From a bacterium (GTDB lineage Bacteria; Patescibacteriota; Minisyncoccia; Phycocordibacterales; UBA6899), in assembly GCA_043743715.1 (NCBI GenBank), contig JAYTWK010000013.1, positions 5,268-69,267 on the forward strand: DNA of 64,000 nt. Direction: 5' to 3'. The position numbers and the translations under genes are program-made. Positions 37,851-48,543 of this stretch are shown piece after piece. The notes under the pieces are model-generated. The model saw only the letters and a program-made list of their open reading frames with translations. It was not told the DNA's origin and ran no database searches. How positions within the stretch are numbered: position 1 is the stretch's first letter; every line of letters starts with the position of its first letter.

Positions 37851-38531
37851 TTAGTGCGGTAATTGCTGCAATTGCGACTCCATCTGCATCAAATCCTGCT
37901 CTTTCGTATTGATATCACGATGTAGCTCTTGGTGCCGCATTTTTAAATGTGTGAGTTCATTCTGGCGACGAACGATATCCTGATTAAGGAGCGTCAGCTT
38001 TACCTCACGCTCATGCAGATGCTCACCCTCGGATTTTACGCTGAAGTGCTCAAGCTCTCCGGTACGGCGATGATCCTCCTTCATGCGCATGAGTCCACGC
38101 GTCTCTTCTTTGACCTCAGCAATCTCGCGCTCTTTGCCCGCAATCTGCTGTTTCAGTTGTTCTATGTCATGCTCAAGTTTTCGCGTCAAATCTTCCTTCT
38201 TGCGGAGCTCCTGCGTCACGTCACGTAGCTCGAGTTGCTCATGCTTCTCGACACTTGTGCCTTGCTTGACCTCCTGCTCCATGCGCCGTTGTTCTTCGGT
38301 GAGACGTTTGTGATCCTGCTCCATGTGATGAAGTGTATTTTCAATATCTTTGGTTTCGCGTTCAATTTCGCGCAGATGGTGTTCACGGTCAACAAGCTCC
38401 CCGCGCTTGACTCGCACGCGGTTCTGCAGCTGTTCTCGCTGTTGGCGTAAGTGAATCTTCTCCGCCTCATCGTTTCCTCCCTGAGAAGATCCTCCCCCTT
38501 GCGATGGTACTTGTTGTTGGAATGGTGGCAT
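37851..38531 (-). CDS. Charged coiled-coil protein (226 aa)
   Basis: Gln/Glu/Arg-rich heptad-like sequence. No enzymatic motif. Confidence 0.45.
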   Translation of the reverse strand: MPPFQQQVPSQGGGSSQGGNDEAEKIHLRQQREQLQNRVRVKRGELVDREHHLREIERETKDIENTLHHMEQDHKRLTEEQRRMEQEVKQGTSVEKHEQLELRDVTQELRKKEDLTRKLEHDIEQLKQQIAGKEREIAEVKEETRGLMRMKEDHRRTGELEHFSVKSEGEHLHEREVKLTLLNQDIVRRQNELTHLKMRHQELHRDINTKEQDLMQMESQLQQLPH

Positions 38532-38558
38532 ATGGAAAATTGTATCACACCCTCTAAC

Positions 38559-39092
38559 TCAGGAGCGTAGAAGATCATGCTCAAGGAGTGAGATCTTGCG
38601 TGCAGCTTCAGTGTCAATATCTCTCAGCTCTTTGACTTCGGCGAGAAGTTCTTTGTGTTTTAATTCCTCCACATCATCTTTGTTTTCTTTTTTAATTTCA
38701 TCGATTTCTACGTCTGCGCGATCTTCACGTGTCATGTCTCCGCGATGCTCAACCTCCTTGCGGGCGCCCGCCACACGCTCGCGCGTATCGACATACTCAG
38801 ACTTACGCAGCTGTATCTCGAGCGCGGTCAGTTCGCGTTGTTTTTTAGAAAGCTTGGCCTGCGCATTCAGCCGGGCTTGCTTCAAGTGCGCGATTTCGTC
38901 ACGTTTTCTTTTCTTCATCTCGTCATAGTCTTTTGCCTGTTGGTCGACAAAGGCGCGATCTTCAGTGCCCTTCTTCGTGAAGGTATCGTCCGATTGCTCT
39001 TCTTCATCTTCTTCATCAAGATCGTCATCGTATTCTTCGATCACAATCTGTTGCGGGATGACTATTTCTTCTTCTTCGTCGTCGTCGTACAT
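38559..39092 (-). CDS. Highly acidic coiled-coil protein
   Basis: MYDDDEEEEIVIPQQIVIEEYDDDLDEEDEEEQSDD... followed by a charged helical region. Start at ATG 39092. Confidence 0.4.
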   Translation of the reverse strand: MYDDDEEEEIVIPQQIVIEEYDDDLDEEDEEEQSDDTFTKKGTEDRAFVDQQAKDYDEMKKRKRDEIAHLKQARLNAQAKLSKKQRELTALEIQLRKSEYVDTRERVAGARKEVEHRGDMTREDRADVEIDEIKKENKDDVEELKHKELLAEVKELRDIDTEAARKISLLEHDLLRS

Positions 39093-39137
39093 AGTGACAG
39101 TATAGCAAAATCCGCCGCAAGGCGGATGTGCTGACAA

Positions 39138-39401
39138 CTACTCAACTCCCGGTAGTATCCCCTGCTGTGCGCCTGCAATCTTCGCATCCTGCTTTGCTAC
39201 TGCATACTCTGCGAGCTGCTTATCGATAGCGGCGAGTTCGGCTTTATCAGCATCCTCGTCCTCATCCGGATCACCTCGCTTCACAACTCCTGCTTGAATG
39301 TTCGCTTCGGTCTGCTCCTTTTTAAATCTCAACCTTTCTACTACCTCGCTTCGTTCCTGGTCTAATCGTTCTTTGGTTTTTGGGAATTCTTCGTTTATCA
39401 T
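39138..39401 (-). CDS. Small charged helical protein (87 aa)
   Basis: Glu/Lys-rich; ends DPDEDEDADKAELAAIDKQLAEYAVAKQDAKIAGAQQGILPGVE. Confidence 0.4.
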   Translation of the reverse strand: MINEEFPKTKERLDQERSEVVERLRFKKEQTEANIQAGVVKRGDPDEDEDADKAELAAIDKQLAEYAVAKQDAKIAGAQQGILPGVE

Positions 39402-39433
39402 ATATGCCTAGTATATCGTCCAAAGTGCAACGG

Positions 39434-40237
39434 TCAAACCTCACTCGTCTGATATGCGCCATTTACAAGGTCAATAGTGGTGAGTGAGTGATTCGGCAAG
39501 AGCGCCCAAATGATGTCTGGAATCTGAAGTTGCTCGGAACAGATAATACGCTCGCCTCGCCCACCTTGCCCAAGATAAAGTGTATAGTAGCTTGTCGCCG
39601 CACTGCGCTTCACGAATGGATGATCTTGATCGAATTCACGCAGGGCATACGCATACCTTCCGTCGGTCAGGATTGATGATGCAGAGGTGAAGCCACCGCC
39701 CTGATATGAGGTACTCGTGCGTAGTGCTTGTACGGTGCGAACGATATGACTTGCAACCTTTTCTTTGTCATGCTCCTCACTCAGATCAAGGTCCTGTATC
39801 ACCAGATGAAAATAAAGTTCGGAGTCAGTCTGGCCGATGCAATGATCGCGCACCGGGCCAAAGATATCCTGTGCGGTAGCACCGAGTGTACCATTGTGAA
39901 TGAATGCATATTTTCCCGAAACAAATGGGTGGCTATTATGTTCGGTCGGTTCGCCGATGGTCCGCTTACGTATATGCGCGAGCAGGGCGTCTGGTTTGTG
40001 CATTGCAACAAAGGAGAGTTGATCATCCCGCAGCGGATCACTTGCACCGCTTCCCTCCGATCGAAAGTGTCGCAGGAGAACACCGCGTGAGTATGCGGCA
40101 ATACCCCAGCCGTCATGATGTCCCGGACTTGCTGCTACGGGCACCTGCCCTTCTTCGGCGAGGCGCAAGAATGTTCGGAGTACCAAGCTCCTGTCTGCAT
40201 TGCTGTCAGGAAGAAAAGCGAATAGCATTCTGCACAT
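39434..40237 (-). CDS. Class II (Ntn) glutamine amidotransferase, YafJ type
   Basis: Nucleophile Cys2 (MCR...). DGWGIA, AHIRKRT.GE...NSHPF, HNGTL, TDSE and LTDGRYAY align with E. coli YafJ. Confidence 0.65.
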   Translation of the reverse strand: MCRMLFAFLPDSNADRSLVLRTFLRLAEEGQVPVAASPGHHDGWGIAAYSRGVLLRHFRSEGSGASDPLRDDQLSFVAMHKPDALLAHIRKRTIGEPTEHNSHPFVSGKYAFIHNGTLGATAQDIFGPVRDHCIGQTDSELYFHLVIQDLDLSEEHDKEKVASHIVRTVQALRTSTSYQGGGFTSASSILTDGRYAYALREFDQDHPFVKRSAATSYYTLYLGQGGRGERIICSEQLQIPDIIWALLPNHSLTTIDLVNGAYQTSEV

Positions 40238-40565
40238 ACGGATATCATCTGACTATAGCAGACGATGTCGATTGTGAAGCTGTGTATAAACCTTCGCAAC
40301 AGATATCCTTGACACTTCCACGCTCTTTCGATAACTTAAGTAGATGCAACAGCGCAATTGGATGATTATTGGATTCATGTTTATTTCCCACAATAAAGCG
40401 GGCGCGGTGCATATTTCATAAAAATCTCAAAAGAAACAAAAGAAATACCCACCGTACGCGGTGGGTATTTCTTTTTCTGAGGAATGTTCGAATCATACAT
40501 GCGGATATTCCCCAGGAAAGCCCTGGTAGTTCTTCACAATTTCACCCAGATAAGGAAGCCTGACA

Positions 40566-41969
40566 ATGGAAAATGAAACGTGTTTCGTGCCCGAACTGCA
40601 GTCGCTGTTCGATTGGCATGCGTATACACTGCATACGGCCGACCTCGGTCCGCTCATCGAACGGTCCGACATCGAGTCTTCGATAGGCCGGTTCCTGGTA
40701 CTCCCTGGATACCGCGTCACATACCCGAAGTCCGTCGTGAGTGTACTCATGAGTCTGTATGCCGAGTACAACCAGGCGTTCCGTCCGCTGGTCCAAGCGA
40801 ACAGAGAATGGAATACCGACTATCAGTACTGTACGACACCGGACGGAATTCCGGTCAACGGTTGGGTGCAGATAGACATGGTCGGACTGCCCCAGGGATT
40901 TCTCGACATCGCCGAGTCACGGACCAAAGAAGAAGTGTGCGCGGTGCTGCGCAACTCGATCTTTGAGATTGAGAACTCGCTCGCGATGTATCAGTTTCTC
41001 CAAGAAATCTTTTCGACCCCTCTAAACAATTCAATGTTCAAGCGTAGCTTCCGCGCGTCGCTCGATCGCATCCGTCAGAAGCACGGGAGGCCAATCGCAC
41101 TTCTTGCAGTGACCGACCAGAAGTATCTCGACATGAAAGCGACCGAGTTCGGAGCAGGTCCTGACGACACGCTTACTGACGAGGATGTGGAAAGACTCTC
41201 GGGATTTGATCATTTCTTTGGTCCAGAGGATTTCCGCGAGTATCTTAAAGCTCATGGCGGCGAATGCGAGTATCTGCTGTATGTGCGCTCGAGCGACCCG
41301 GTTCCCAAGTTGAAGTGTCCCGATGTCACCGTAGAGCACCCGCTCCTCGGCGACGAGGCGATGCGTAGGATCATCAAGGCTCATTCCCTCACCTTCAATG
41401 TCGACGCGCCCGACATGCCCTACGATGCGCGTATCAACGACACCAAGGAGTATATGTTCGCGATGGGGATGGCGTTCCCAGTCGAAGAAGAGGAGGACAT
41501 CATCACTCCCGAATTCGTCGCACACCTCGCGACCGGCAAGAACTACAGTGAGTACTACGGTACACGAGTGACTCAGCAATTCACCGGATATCTCGAACAG
41601 CAAGGAATCGAGCAATTCACAACCACCACGGGGGAACTCATGCTGCGGGCGAAACCGCTCAAAGGCACCTATGGCTGCTATGGACACCTCTCCGGCGAGA
41701 TGCGCAACAAGAAGTTCAGGAACGAACTGCGCCGACAACTGAAGTCACGAGGTAAGTACGTACTGCAGCACGAGATGGAAGTGCCGACAATCACCGGTGA
41801 AGAATGCGGCAGAGAGTACCTCTACATCGACAGGCTGTTCTTCTCGACCGACGGAGATCAGGCCACGTTCATGGGTGGATTCCGCTCACTCATGCCGAAA
41901 GATTCGGCCGAAGCAAAAGGTCGCCGGATCCACGGCAATGAGGAGACCGCCTGGGCTGAAATTGGTTAA
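40566..41969 (+). CDS. Hypothetical 467-aa protein with GC-rich composition and atypical codon usage
   Basis: No motif recognised by eye. GC and codon usage (CTG, GTC, CGG) differ from flanking genes. Forms an apparent operon with the M20 gene, 24 bp downstream. Confidence 0.5.
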   Translation: MENETCFVPELQSLFDWHAYTLHTADLGPLIERSDIESSIGRFLVLPGYRVTYPKSVVSVLMSLYAEYNQAFRPLVQANREWNTDYQYCTTPDGIPVNGWVQIDMVGLPQGFLDIAESRTKEEVCAVLRNSIFEIENSLAMYQFLQEIFSTPLNNSMFKRSFRASLDRIRQKHGRPIALLAVTDQKYLDMKATEFGAGPDDTLTDEDVERLSGFDHFFGPEDFREYLKAHGGECEYLLYVRSSDPVPKLKCPDVTVEHPLLGDEAMRRIIKAHSLTFNVDAPDMPYDARINDTKEYMFAMGMAFPVEEEEDIITPEFVAHLATGKNYSEYYGTRVTQQFTGYLEQQGIEQFTTTTGELMLRAKPLKGTYGCYGHLSGEMRNKKFRNELRRQLKSRGKYVLQHEMEVPTITGEECGREYLYIDRLFFSTDGDQATFMGGFRSLMPKDSAEAKGRRIHGNEETAWAEIG

Positions 41970-42082
41970 CATGACCGCATTCATGTGTTAACTTGAACCG
42001 TGTAGCCCTTAGGGCGCACGGTTCTCTTTTTTATATGAACACAAAACCGAACAAGATATCACTATCCTCAAAAAGCGCTACT

Positions 42083-43150
42083 ATGGAGATTGTCGCACTC
42101 GCAAAGAAACTCATCGTACTGCGAACGATCCCTGCGCGCCCTCATGAGCTCACGAAGGCACTTGCACTTGCGCTTACACCACTACGAGGATTCACCGTCG
42201 AACATTTCACCAAGAATGGCATATCGAGCGTACTCGTACACAATCAAAAAAAGCGTCATAAGAAATTCAAAATACTTTTAAACGCGCATCTGGACGTTAT
42301 CCCCGGTAAGAACGAGCAATACTCACCGAAAGAAAAAAACGGTAGGCTTTACGGAGCCGGAGCGATGGACATGAAGGCGAATGCCGCATGCATGATCATG
42401 GCGTTTAAAGAGGTCGCGCGAGAGATTACCTACCCGCTCGCGCTTCAACTCACTACCGATGAAGAGGTCGGGGGATTCAATGGTACCCTTCATCAGCTAC
42501 AGAAAGGAGTGCGGTCCGAGTTCGTACTCGCGGGCGAGCCAACCAATTTCGATATCGTGCATATGACCAAGGGCGTGCTATGGCTACGCGTCACGGCGAA
42601 AGGAGAGAGTGCGCACGGCGCATATCCCTGGAAAGGCGACAATGCGATCTGGAAGATGAACGACTTTCTTGAGAGATTACGCTCGCAATTCCCGATTCCA
42701 AAGCAACAAGCATGGGTCACGACCGTCAACTTGAGCCGTATCGAAACCACGAACGATGCATACAACAAAATCCCTGACAACTGCACTGCGCTCCTCGATA
42801 TCCGCTTCATCCCCAATGATGCGAAGACTCTCGTCGCAAAAATCAAAAAACTGCTGCCGAAAAATTGTTCGATGGAGATCATTACCAATGAACCTGGATC
42901 GTTCATCGAAAAGAACGACGTATTGGTTACATCACTCGCAATCATCGCCCACCAGATACTCAGAAAGAAACTCATATTACGTGGAGCACAAGGATCATCG
43001 GATGCGAGACATTTCACTCGTGTGGGTGGAAGAGGCATCGAATTCGGGCCGATTGGTGCGGGCATCGGCAGCGACACCGAGTGGGTCGATATCAGGAGCC
43101 TCGGAGACTATCATGCCATTCTCAAAAAATTCCTCCTCTCGCAGCAATAA
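42083..43150 (+). CDS. M20-family metallopeptidase/deacylase (ArgE/DapE-like)
   Basis: LNAHLDVIPG, GAGAMDMKANAA, TTDEEVGG and SDARHF metal-ligand motifs. Start at MEIVALAKKLIVL. Confidence 0.75.
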   Translation: MEIVALAKKLIVLRTIPARPHELTKALALALTPLRGFTVEHFTKNGISSVLVHNQKKRHKKFKILLNAHLDVIPGKNEQYSPKEKNGRLYGAGAMDMKANAACMIMAFKEVAREITYPLALQLTTDEEVGGFNGTLHQLQKGVRSEFVLAGEPTNFDIVHMTKGVLWLRVTAKGESAHGAYPWKGDNAIWKMNDFLERLRSQFPIPKQQAWVTTVNLSRIETTNDAYNKIPDNCTALLDIRFIPNDAKTLVAKIKKLLPKNCSMEIITNEPGSFIEKNDVLVTSLAIIAHQILRKKLILRGAQGSSDARHFTRVGGRGIEFGPIGAGIGSDTEWVDIRSLGDYHAILKKFLLSQQ

Positions 43151-43195
43151 GAAGAAAAGACCCCAAGCGGGGTCTTTTCTTCTCTGTGCAAAAAA

Positions 43196-45352
43196 TTATT
43201 TGCCGCGAGCTTCGATCACCGCATTGGCTACATTCTGAGGAACCGCGACGTACTCCGCAGGCTCCATGGTAAACGTTCCGCGGCCTTCGGTCATCGAGCG
43301 AAGTGTCGTGGCATAGCCGAACATTTCTGCGAGCGGGATGATTGCCTTTGCGACCTTGAGCATGCCGCGCTCTTCCATCGCGTTCACTTGTCCGCGGCGT
43401 GATGCCACCGAGCCAGTGACGTCACCCATGAATTTGTCGGGGAAGACGATTTCAACCGCCATGACTGGCTCAAGCAGTGTCGGGCGTGCGCGCTTTGCGC
43501 CATCCTGAAGCGCCATCGATCCGGCAATTTTGAAGGCGATTTCCGATGAGTCGACTTCGTGGAATGATCCGTCATAGAGCTCTGCTGAAACATTCACGAG
43601 TGAGTAACCTGCGACCACACCACGCTCCATTCCTTCCTTGATTCCTTTTTCAATAGGCGAGATGAATTCCTGAGGGATGACACCACCCTTGATTGAGTTA
43701 ATGAACTCGAATCCGGGAGAGCGCTTCACATTTTTCGGAAGATCTTCCGCCTTCACCGTCAAATCCATCGGCTTCAGGCGAATGCGTACGTGGCCATACT
43801 GACCGCGACCACCGGACTGCTTGATGTACTTGCACTCTGCTTCTGCTTCGCCCAAAATGGTCTCGCGGTATGCAACCTGCGGCTTGCCGGTAGTTGCTTC
43901 GACGTTAAACTCGCGCTTCATGCGGTCAACAATGATTTCGAGATGGAGCTCTCCCATTCCCCAGATGATAGTCTCCATCGTCTCAGGGTCAGAAGTAACA
44001 CGGAACGTAGGATCTTCTGCGGATAATCTTCCGAGCGCGATACCCATTTTCTCCTGATCTTGTTTTGTTTTCGGTTCGATACGCATCGAGATGACCGGCT
44101 CAGGGATGACAATACGCTCAAGGATGATCGGTGCGTCTTCAGAGCACAGCGAGTCTGAAGTGAGGGTCTCTTTGAGTCCGACTGCGGCGGCAATCTCTCC
44201 CGCAAAGACTTTCTTCACCTCTTCGCGCTCATTGGCATGCATGCGCAAGATGCGACTGATGCGCTCCTTGCGTCCCTTCGTTGCATTGTAAACATATGAA
44301 CCTGATTCAAGGGTACCTGAGTAAACACGGAAGAATGCGAGCTGTCCGACGAATGGATCGGTTGCAATCTTAAATGCGAGCGCAGAGAACGGCTCTTTGT
44401 CGTCAGCATGGCGGAATATCTCTTCACCGGTCTTCGGGTCATGACCCTTGGTCGGAGGAATATCAAGCGGGCTAGGAAGGTAGTCGACGACGGCATCAAG
44501 AACGAGCTGTACACCCTTGTTCTTCAGGGCGCTTCCGGTGAATACCGGGACAATCTTGTTCTCTATAACAGCCTTGCGCAGAACGCGCTTTAAGTCTTCG
44601 ACTGCAGGCTCCTTTCCTTCGAGGTAGTCGTTCATCATAGTTTCGTCATTCTCTACGATAGACTCGAGCATTTCTGCGCGATACTTCTTTGCATCAGCAA
44701 GATGCAGAGCAGGAATTTCTTCTTGTACGAGCGTATTACCCATATCACCCACAAAGGTGACGTACTTCATGGTCAAGAGGTCGATGACGCCGGCAAAGTT
44801 CTCTTCCTCTCCGACAGGAAGCTGCATGCGTACGGCACTCTTGGTCAAGCGATCCAAGATGCTCTGGAACGAGCGTTCAAATGATGCGCCGGTGCGGTCA
44901 AGCTTGTTGATGAAGCAGATGCGAGGCACCTTTCCTTCATCGGCATAGCGCCAGTTGGTCTCCGACTGCGGTTCGACACCTGCGACGCCGTCGAACACCA
45001 CGACCGCGCCGTCGAGCACACGGAGTGAGCGCTTCACTTCAATGGTGAAGTCGATGTGCCCCGGAGTGTCGATAAGGTTGAAGCGATGCTTCTTCGTATC
45101 ATCACTCTTGTCGCCAACCTTTGCGTAGGTCGGGGTCCAGAAACAAGTAGTCGCAGCTGAAGTAATGGTGATGCCACGTTCACGCTCCTGTTCCATCCAG
45201 TCCATGACCGTGTCTCCTTCGTGTACCTCGCCAATCTTGTGCGATACGCCGGTGTAAAAGAGCACACGCTCTGAGGTCGTGGTCTTTCCCGCATCGATGT
45301 GAGCGATGATACCGAAGTTGCGAACTTTCTCCAGTGGATAATCTCGTTCCAT
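43196..45352 (-). CDS. fusA: Elongation factor G
   Basis: [18 protein letters not shown] and DTPGHIDF motifs. Full-length EF-G. Confidence 0.95.
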   Translation of the reverse strand: MERDYPLEKVRNFGIIAHIDAGKTTTSERVLFYTGVSHKIGEVHEGDTVMDWMEQERERGITITSAATTCFWTPTYAKVGDKSDDTKKHRFNLIDTPGHIDFTIEVKRSLRVLDGAVVVFDGVAGVEPQSETNWRYADEGKVPRICFINKLDRTGASFERSFQSILDRLTKSAVRMQLPVGEEENFAGVIDLLTMKYVTFVGDMGNTLVQEEIPALHLADAKKYRAEMLESIVENDETMMNDYLEGKEPAVEDLKRVLRKAVIENKIVPVFTGSALKNKGVQLVLDAVVDYLPSPLDIPPTKGHDPKTGEEIFRHADDKEPFSALAFKIATDPFVGQLAFFRVYSGTLESGSYVYNATKGRKERISRILRMHANEREEVKKVFAGEIAAAVGLKETLTSDSLCSEDAPIILERIVIPEPVISMRIEPKTKQDQEKMGIALGRLSAEDPTFRVTSDPETMETIIWGMGELHLEIIVDRMKREFNVEATTGKPQVAYRETILGEAEAECKYIKQSGGRGQYGHVRIRLKPMDLTVKAEDLPKNVKRSPGFEFINSIKGGVIPQEFISPIEKGIKEGMERGVVAGYSLVNVSAELYDGSFHEVDSSEIAFKIAGSMALQDGAKRARPTLLEPVMAVEIVFPDKFMGDVTGSVASRRGQVNAMEERGMLKVAKAIIPLAEMFGYATTLRSMTEGRGTFTMEPAEYVAVPQNVANAVIEARGK

Positions 45353-45493
45353 AAAACAATAAATAATTAGTTACTAAACTCCTCCTTTTTCCGCTCGTTC
45401 CCAACGAAAAAAGTTAGGAGGAAAAAAATAAGCCATGTCGGGCTTGAGTTGGTAGAACTATATCCAAAGTTTGGCCAAATTGCAAGAACTAAT

Positions 45494-45748
45494 TTATTCG
45501 TATACCTCGTGGGTCCCCACATCAAGAAAATGGATGTCTTTCTCTTTAATTTCAACAATGACGCGGAAGTTGAAGTTCGCCGAGAATGCATGATACTTAT
45601 TCATTCGCCCTGATAGCTTATGAAGACGCAGTGCCTTATGTTCGCTCTTTTTCTTGAACCTCTCCGCGGCAAGAATCACATCGTTCTGGACCGCTTCGGG
45701 AAGCTTTTTGAGTGAGCGTAGAAAACGCCTTGTATAAAGCTGTGCCAT
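45494..45748 (-). CDS. parE: ParE/RelE-family toxin
   Basis: 84 aa. ...KYHAFSANFNFRVIVEIKEKDIHFLDVGTHEVYE is typical of ParE/RelE C-termini. Confidence 0.65.
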   Translation of the reverse strand: MAQLYTRRFLRSLKKLPEAVQNDVILAAERFKKKSEHKALRLHKLSGRMNKYHAFSANFNFRVIVEIKEKDIHFLDVGTHEVYE

Positions 45749-45759
45749 GCTATTTCGAA

Positions 45760-45984
45760 TTAGCTCGGCAACTTCTTTATCAGCTTGTGCAGATCGCCTT
45801 TGTATACCCGACCCTCTTTGATATCCTCCTCTGCCTCACGGATACGCTTATACGCCCGGTCTTCGCGCAGTAGTCGAAGTGCCTGACGCACGACATGTGC
45901 CTTGGTTTCTGAGTTTCCTTCGCGTATTTCCATGTTGATAAAATCCTCGAGGTCCTTATCGATAGGTGTAGTGATGGTGGTCAT
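45760..45984 (-). CDS. parD: ParD/RHH-type antitoxin
   Basis: 74 aa. ...KAHVVRQALRLLREDRAYKRIREAE... is like ParD. Located immediately upstream of the toxin. Confidence 0.6.
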   Translation of the reverse strand: MTTITTPIDKDLEDFINMEIREGNSETKAHVVRQALRLLREDRAYKRIREAEEDIKEGRVYKGDLHKLIKKLPS

Positions 45985-46200
45985 ATACTATAGTGTAGTA
46001 CTACGAAATAGTGTGTCAAGTCTATTTCTCTCGAAAGGATCACCGTAAACAAATATCCCCCCAGTGGCGGATTTTCGTCTTTTTGCCTCAGGTTTTTGTG
46101 AGAATTTTCGGATGCAATTCGAATTTTTTACGCTGTGAGTGTCTAAGTTATCGATGCTGGGAACCAAATATGACGATGGTAGGTACTCGAGACCGAGAAG

Positions 46201-46464
46201 TTATTTCGGAGAATTTTTTGCGGACATGACGACTATAAATCCGACAATTCCGATAATAATTCCAATAGGAATTGTAGCCATTGTAAGGTATCCCAACGAA
46301 TACATCACCTGCAGTGGAAAACCGAGTGTGCAATTAGGTGTTGTGTTTTGATCAAGATTACATGAAAAAATCATACCCAAAATATTTGCTACCACTTGAC
46401 TAAGGAGCGGGAGAAATGCAATTACCACCGCAGTCCAGATCATCCGTTTTCCAAATACTTTCAT
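46201..46464 (-). CDS. Small two-TM membrane protein
   Basis: Two hydrophobic helices. No recognisable domain. Confidence 0.35.
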   Translation of the reverse strand: MKVFGKRMIWTAVVIAFLPLLSQVVANILGMIFSCNLDQNTTPNCTLGFPLQVMYSLGYLTMATIPIGIIIGIVGFIVVMSAKNSPK

Positions 46465-46680
46465 TATTATTTATATTAACAATAATCATACAATTTATAA
46501 ACCACAAAAAAGAGAGCCAAAGAATCGCTCTCGTGGTTACATGTGATTTTAGGAATCATGAAATCATATTTCGATATACACTCCTAAGCGAGAAACAAAA
46601 ATACCGCCCGAGCGTACGTAGTTGTACCGGACAGCATTTTGTGAACTCAATGAAGTAGTGTGCTCGAAATGAGCTTTCAA

Positions 46681-47151
46681 CTACCAAGCGAAATGGGCAA
46701 ACGCTTTATTCGCTTCAGCCATCTTGTGCACATTCTCGCGCTTCTTGATTGCTTCGCCTTCATTCTTCGATGCTGAGATGATTTCATCGGCGAGCTTCTT
46801 GGCCATCGGGGCTCCCTTCTTTGAACGTGCTGCGTCAATAATCCAGCGCAGTGCAAGGAACGTGCGGCGCTCGGGACGAACTTCACGGGGGACCTGATAG
46901 TTAGCACCACCGACACGGCGTGAGCGGATTTCCATCAAAGGGCCTGCGTTCCTGAGTGCATTCTTGTACACCTCCATCGGGTCTTCCACCTTCATCGATT
47001 TCTTGATCTCCTCAAATGCGTCGTATACGACTGCTTGCGCAATTGATTTCTTACCTGAGAGCATAATGTAGTTCACAAGCGTCGATACATCGAGCGATTT
47101 GTACTGAAGGTCCGGCTTACGGATATTTCTATTTTTTACTGGTCTGCGCAT
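46681..47151 (-). CDS. rpsG: 30S ribosomal protein S7
   Basis: Conserved uS7 sequence (LMEIRSRRVGGANYQVP...). Confidence 0.9.
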   Translation of the reverse strand: MRRPVKNRNIRKPDLQYKSLDVSTLVNYIMLSGKKSIAQAVVYDAFEEIKKSMKVEDPMEVYKNALRNAGPLMEIRSRRVGGANYQVPREVRPERRTFLALRWIIDAARSKKGAPMAKKLADEIISASKNEGEAIKKRENVHKMAEANKAFAHFAW

Positions 47152-47230
47152 AGTGTGTTGATTCGACTGGTCTTTCCCACAAGTCAGATGGTACTCCAGT
47201 GCGATATTAATTCAGTTAATGACTTGGAAA

Positions 47231-47647
47231 CTATTTCTTTGCTTCAGCCTTTTTTGCTCCATAGAGCGAACGTCCCTGCTTACGCTTCTCGACACCTGCG
47301 GCATCGAGGCGACCGCGGACGATAGTGTAACGAAGTCCGACATCCTTCACACGACCACCACGGACGATAACCACGGAGTGCTCTTGCAGCTTGTGGCCCT
47401 CTCCCGGAATGTATGCGGTGATTTCCATACCATTGGTGAGGCGCACACGTGCAACCTTACGAATAGCAGAGTTCGGCTTGCGAGGAGTCATGGTTGTGAC
47501 CTTGGTGCAGACACCGCGTTTGAATGGTGAATTGTAGAAGATCGGACGATTCTGGATCGAGTTGAAACCGCGTCCCATAGCAATAGCTTTGGATTTACGG
47601 CGTACAATCTTGCGACTGGTTTTTACTAATTGATTGATTGTTGGCAT
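47231..47647 (-). CDS. rpsL: 30S ribosomal protein S12
   Basis: MPTINQLVK...PKKPNSA(I)RK...VRL with the conserved uS12 core. Confidence 0.95.
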   Translation of the reverse strand: MPTINQLVKTSRKIVRRKSKAIAMGRGFNSIQNRPIFYNSPFKRGVCTKVTTMTPRKPNSAIRKVARVRLTNGMEITAYIPGEGHKLQEHSVVIVRGGRVKDVGLRYTIVRGRLDAAGVEKRKQGRSLYGAKKAEAKK

Positions 47648-47883
47648 ATGACGATTTAAGTAACCTCCATAAATTGGAAGTTAGTTGATATATCGAGATG
47701 GTACCCGTTGCTGTTTCTCGGTTCAAGGCAGAAGATACACAGCCATGCATACCTCCATTTATTGCCTCTTGGATAACTCCCGTCAAAGACGGGGCAATTC
47801 GTCATCCGGAAACCTTAAAACGAAAATCAGCAACGAGTACCGCATACTCTAATATAGATAGGATGAAAATGCAACAAAAAGAC

Positions 47884-48543
47884 CTACCCGAAAAGTGAAT
47901 AGCCTACCAAGAGTTTTGACACAAGAGCAGCTACGGGAAGTAAGAATTTCCACAAAAAAAGCACAAAAAAGAGAATAATGAGCATTGAATAGCGCTCAAG
48001 GTAGTCTCCAACATAGCGATATCGAAGGGGAATAGCATTCAATAAAATTTTTGATCCATCTAATGGTGGTATAGGCACCAGATTAAAAATTGTAAGCATA
48101 ATATTAATTCCTATTATCAGATACACGATTTGCTGGACGGAGTCTGTAAGGAATGAGCCAAAAAGCCGAACGAGCAAGGCAAAAAATAAGGCGATCCCCA
48201 GATTTGTGAGTGGCCCTGCGAGGGCAACTTTCGTATCACCCCATTTTTGGTCTTTGAGATTGTACGGGTTGTATGGGACTGGCTTTGCCCAGCCCAAGAT
48301 AAAACCCCCGGGCGCTAACGACATAAGAAATGGGACGAGTAATGAGCCAATAGGATCAATATGCTTAAGGGGATTCACAGACAGTCGACCCGCTAGCCGG
48401 GCAGTCGGATCACCTAAATACTGAGCCATGTAACCATGAGAAATCTCATGGGCTACGACCGAAAAAACAACAATGGCAATCTTGAAGAAATCATTTATAA
48501 GGGTCGCATCTTGCATAGTAGTGACACTCATGATAGCATGCAC
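47884..48543 (-). CDS. M50-family (site-2 protease-like) zinc metalloprotease
   Basis: HEISHG HExxH motif inside a TM helix. Multi-TM. Confidence 0.7.
   Translation of the reverse strand: MHAIMSVTTMQDATLINDFFKIAIVVFSVVAHEISHGYMAQYLGDPTARLAGRLSVNPLKHIDPIGSLLVPFLMSLAPGGFILGWAKPVPYNPYNLKDQKWGDTKVALAGPLTNLGIALFFALLVRLFGSFLTDSVQQIVYLIIGINIMLTIFNLVPIPPLDGSKILLNAIPLRYRYVGDYLERYSMLIILFFVLFLWKFLLPVAALVSKLLVGYSLFG

Noticed and set aside
40580-40966. Alternative-frame 128-aa ORF inside the 467-aa gene
   Set aside because: A frame artefact of the GC-rich gene (Arg/Ala/Pro-rich). The long 467-aa frame is preferred.
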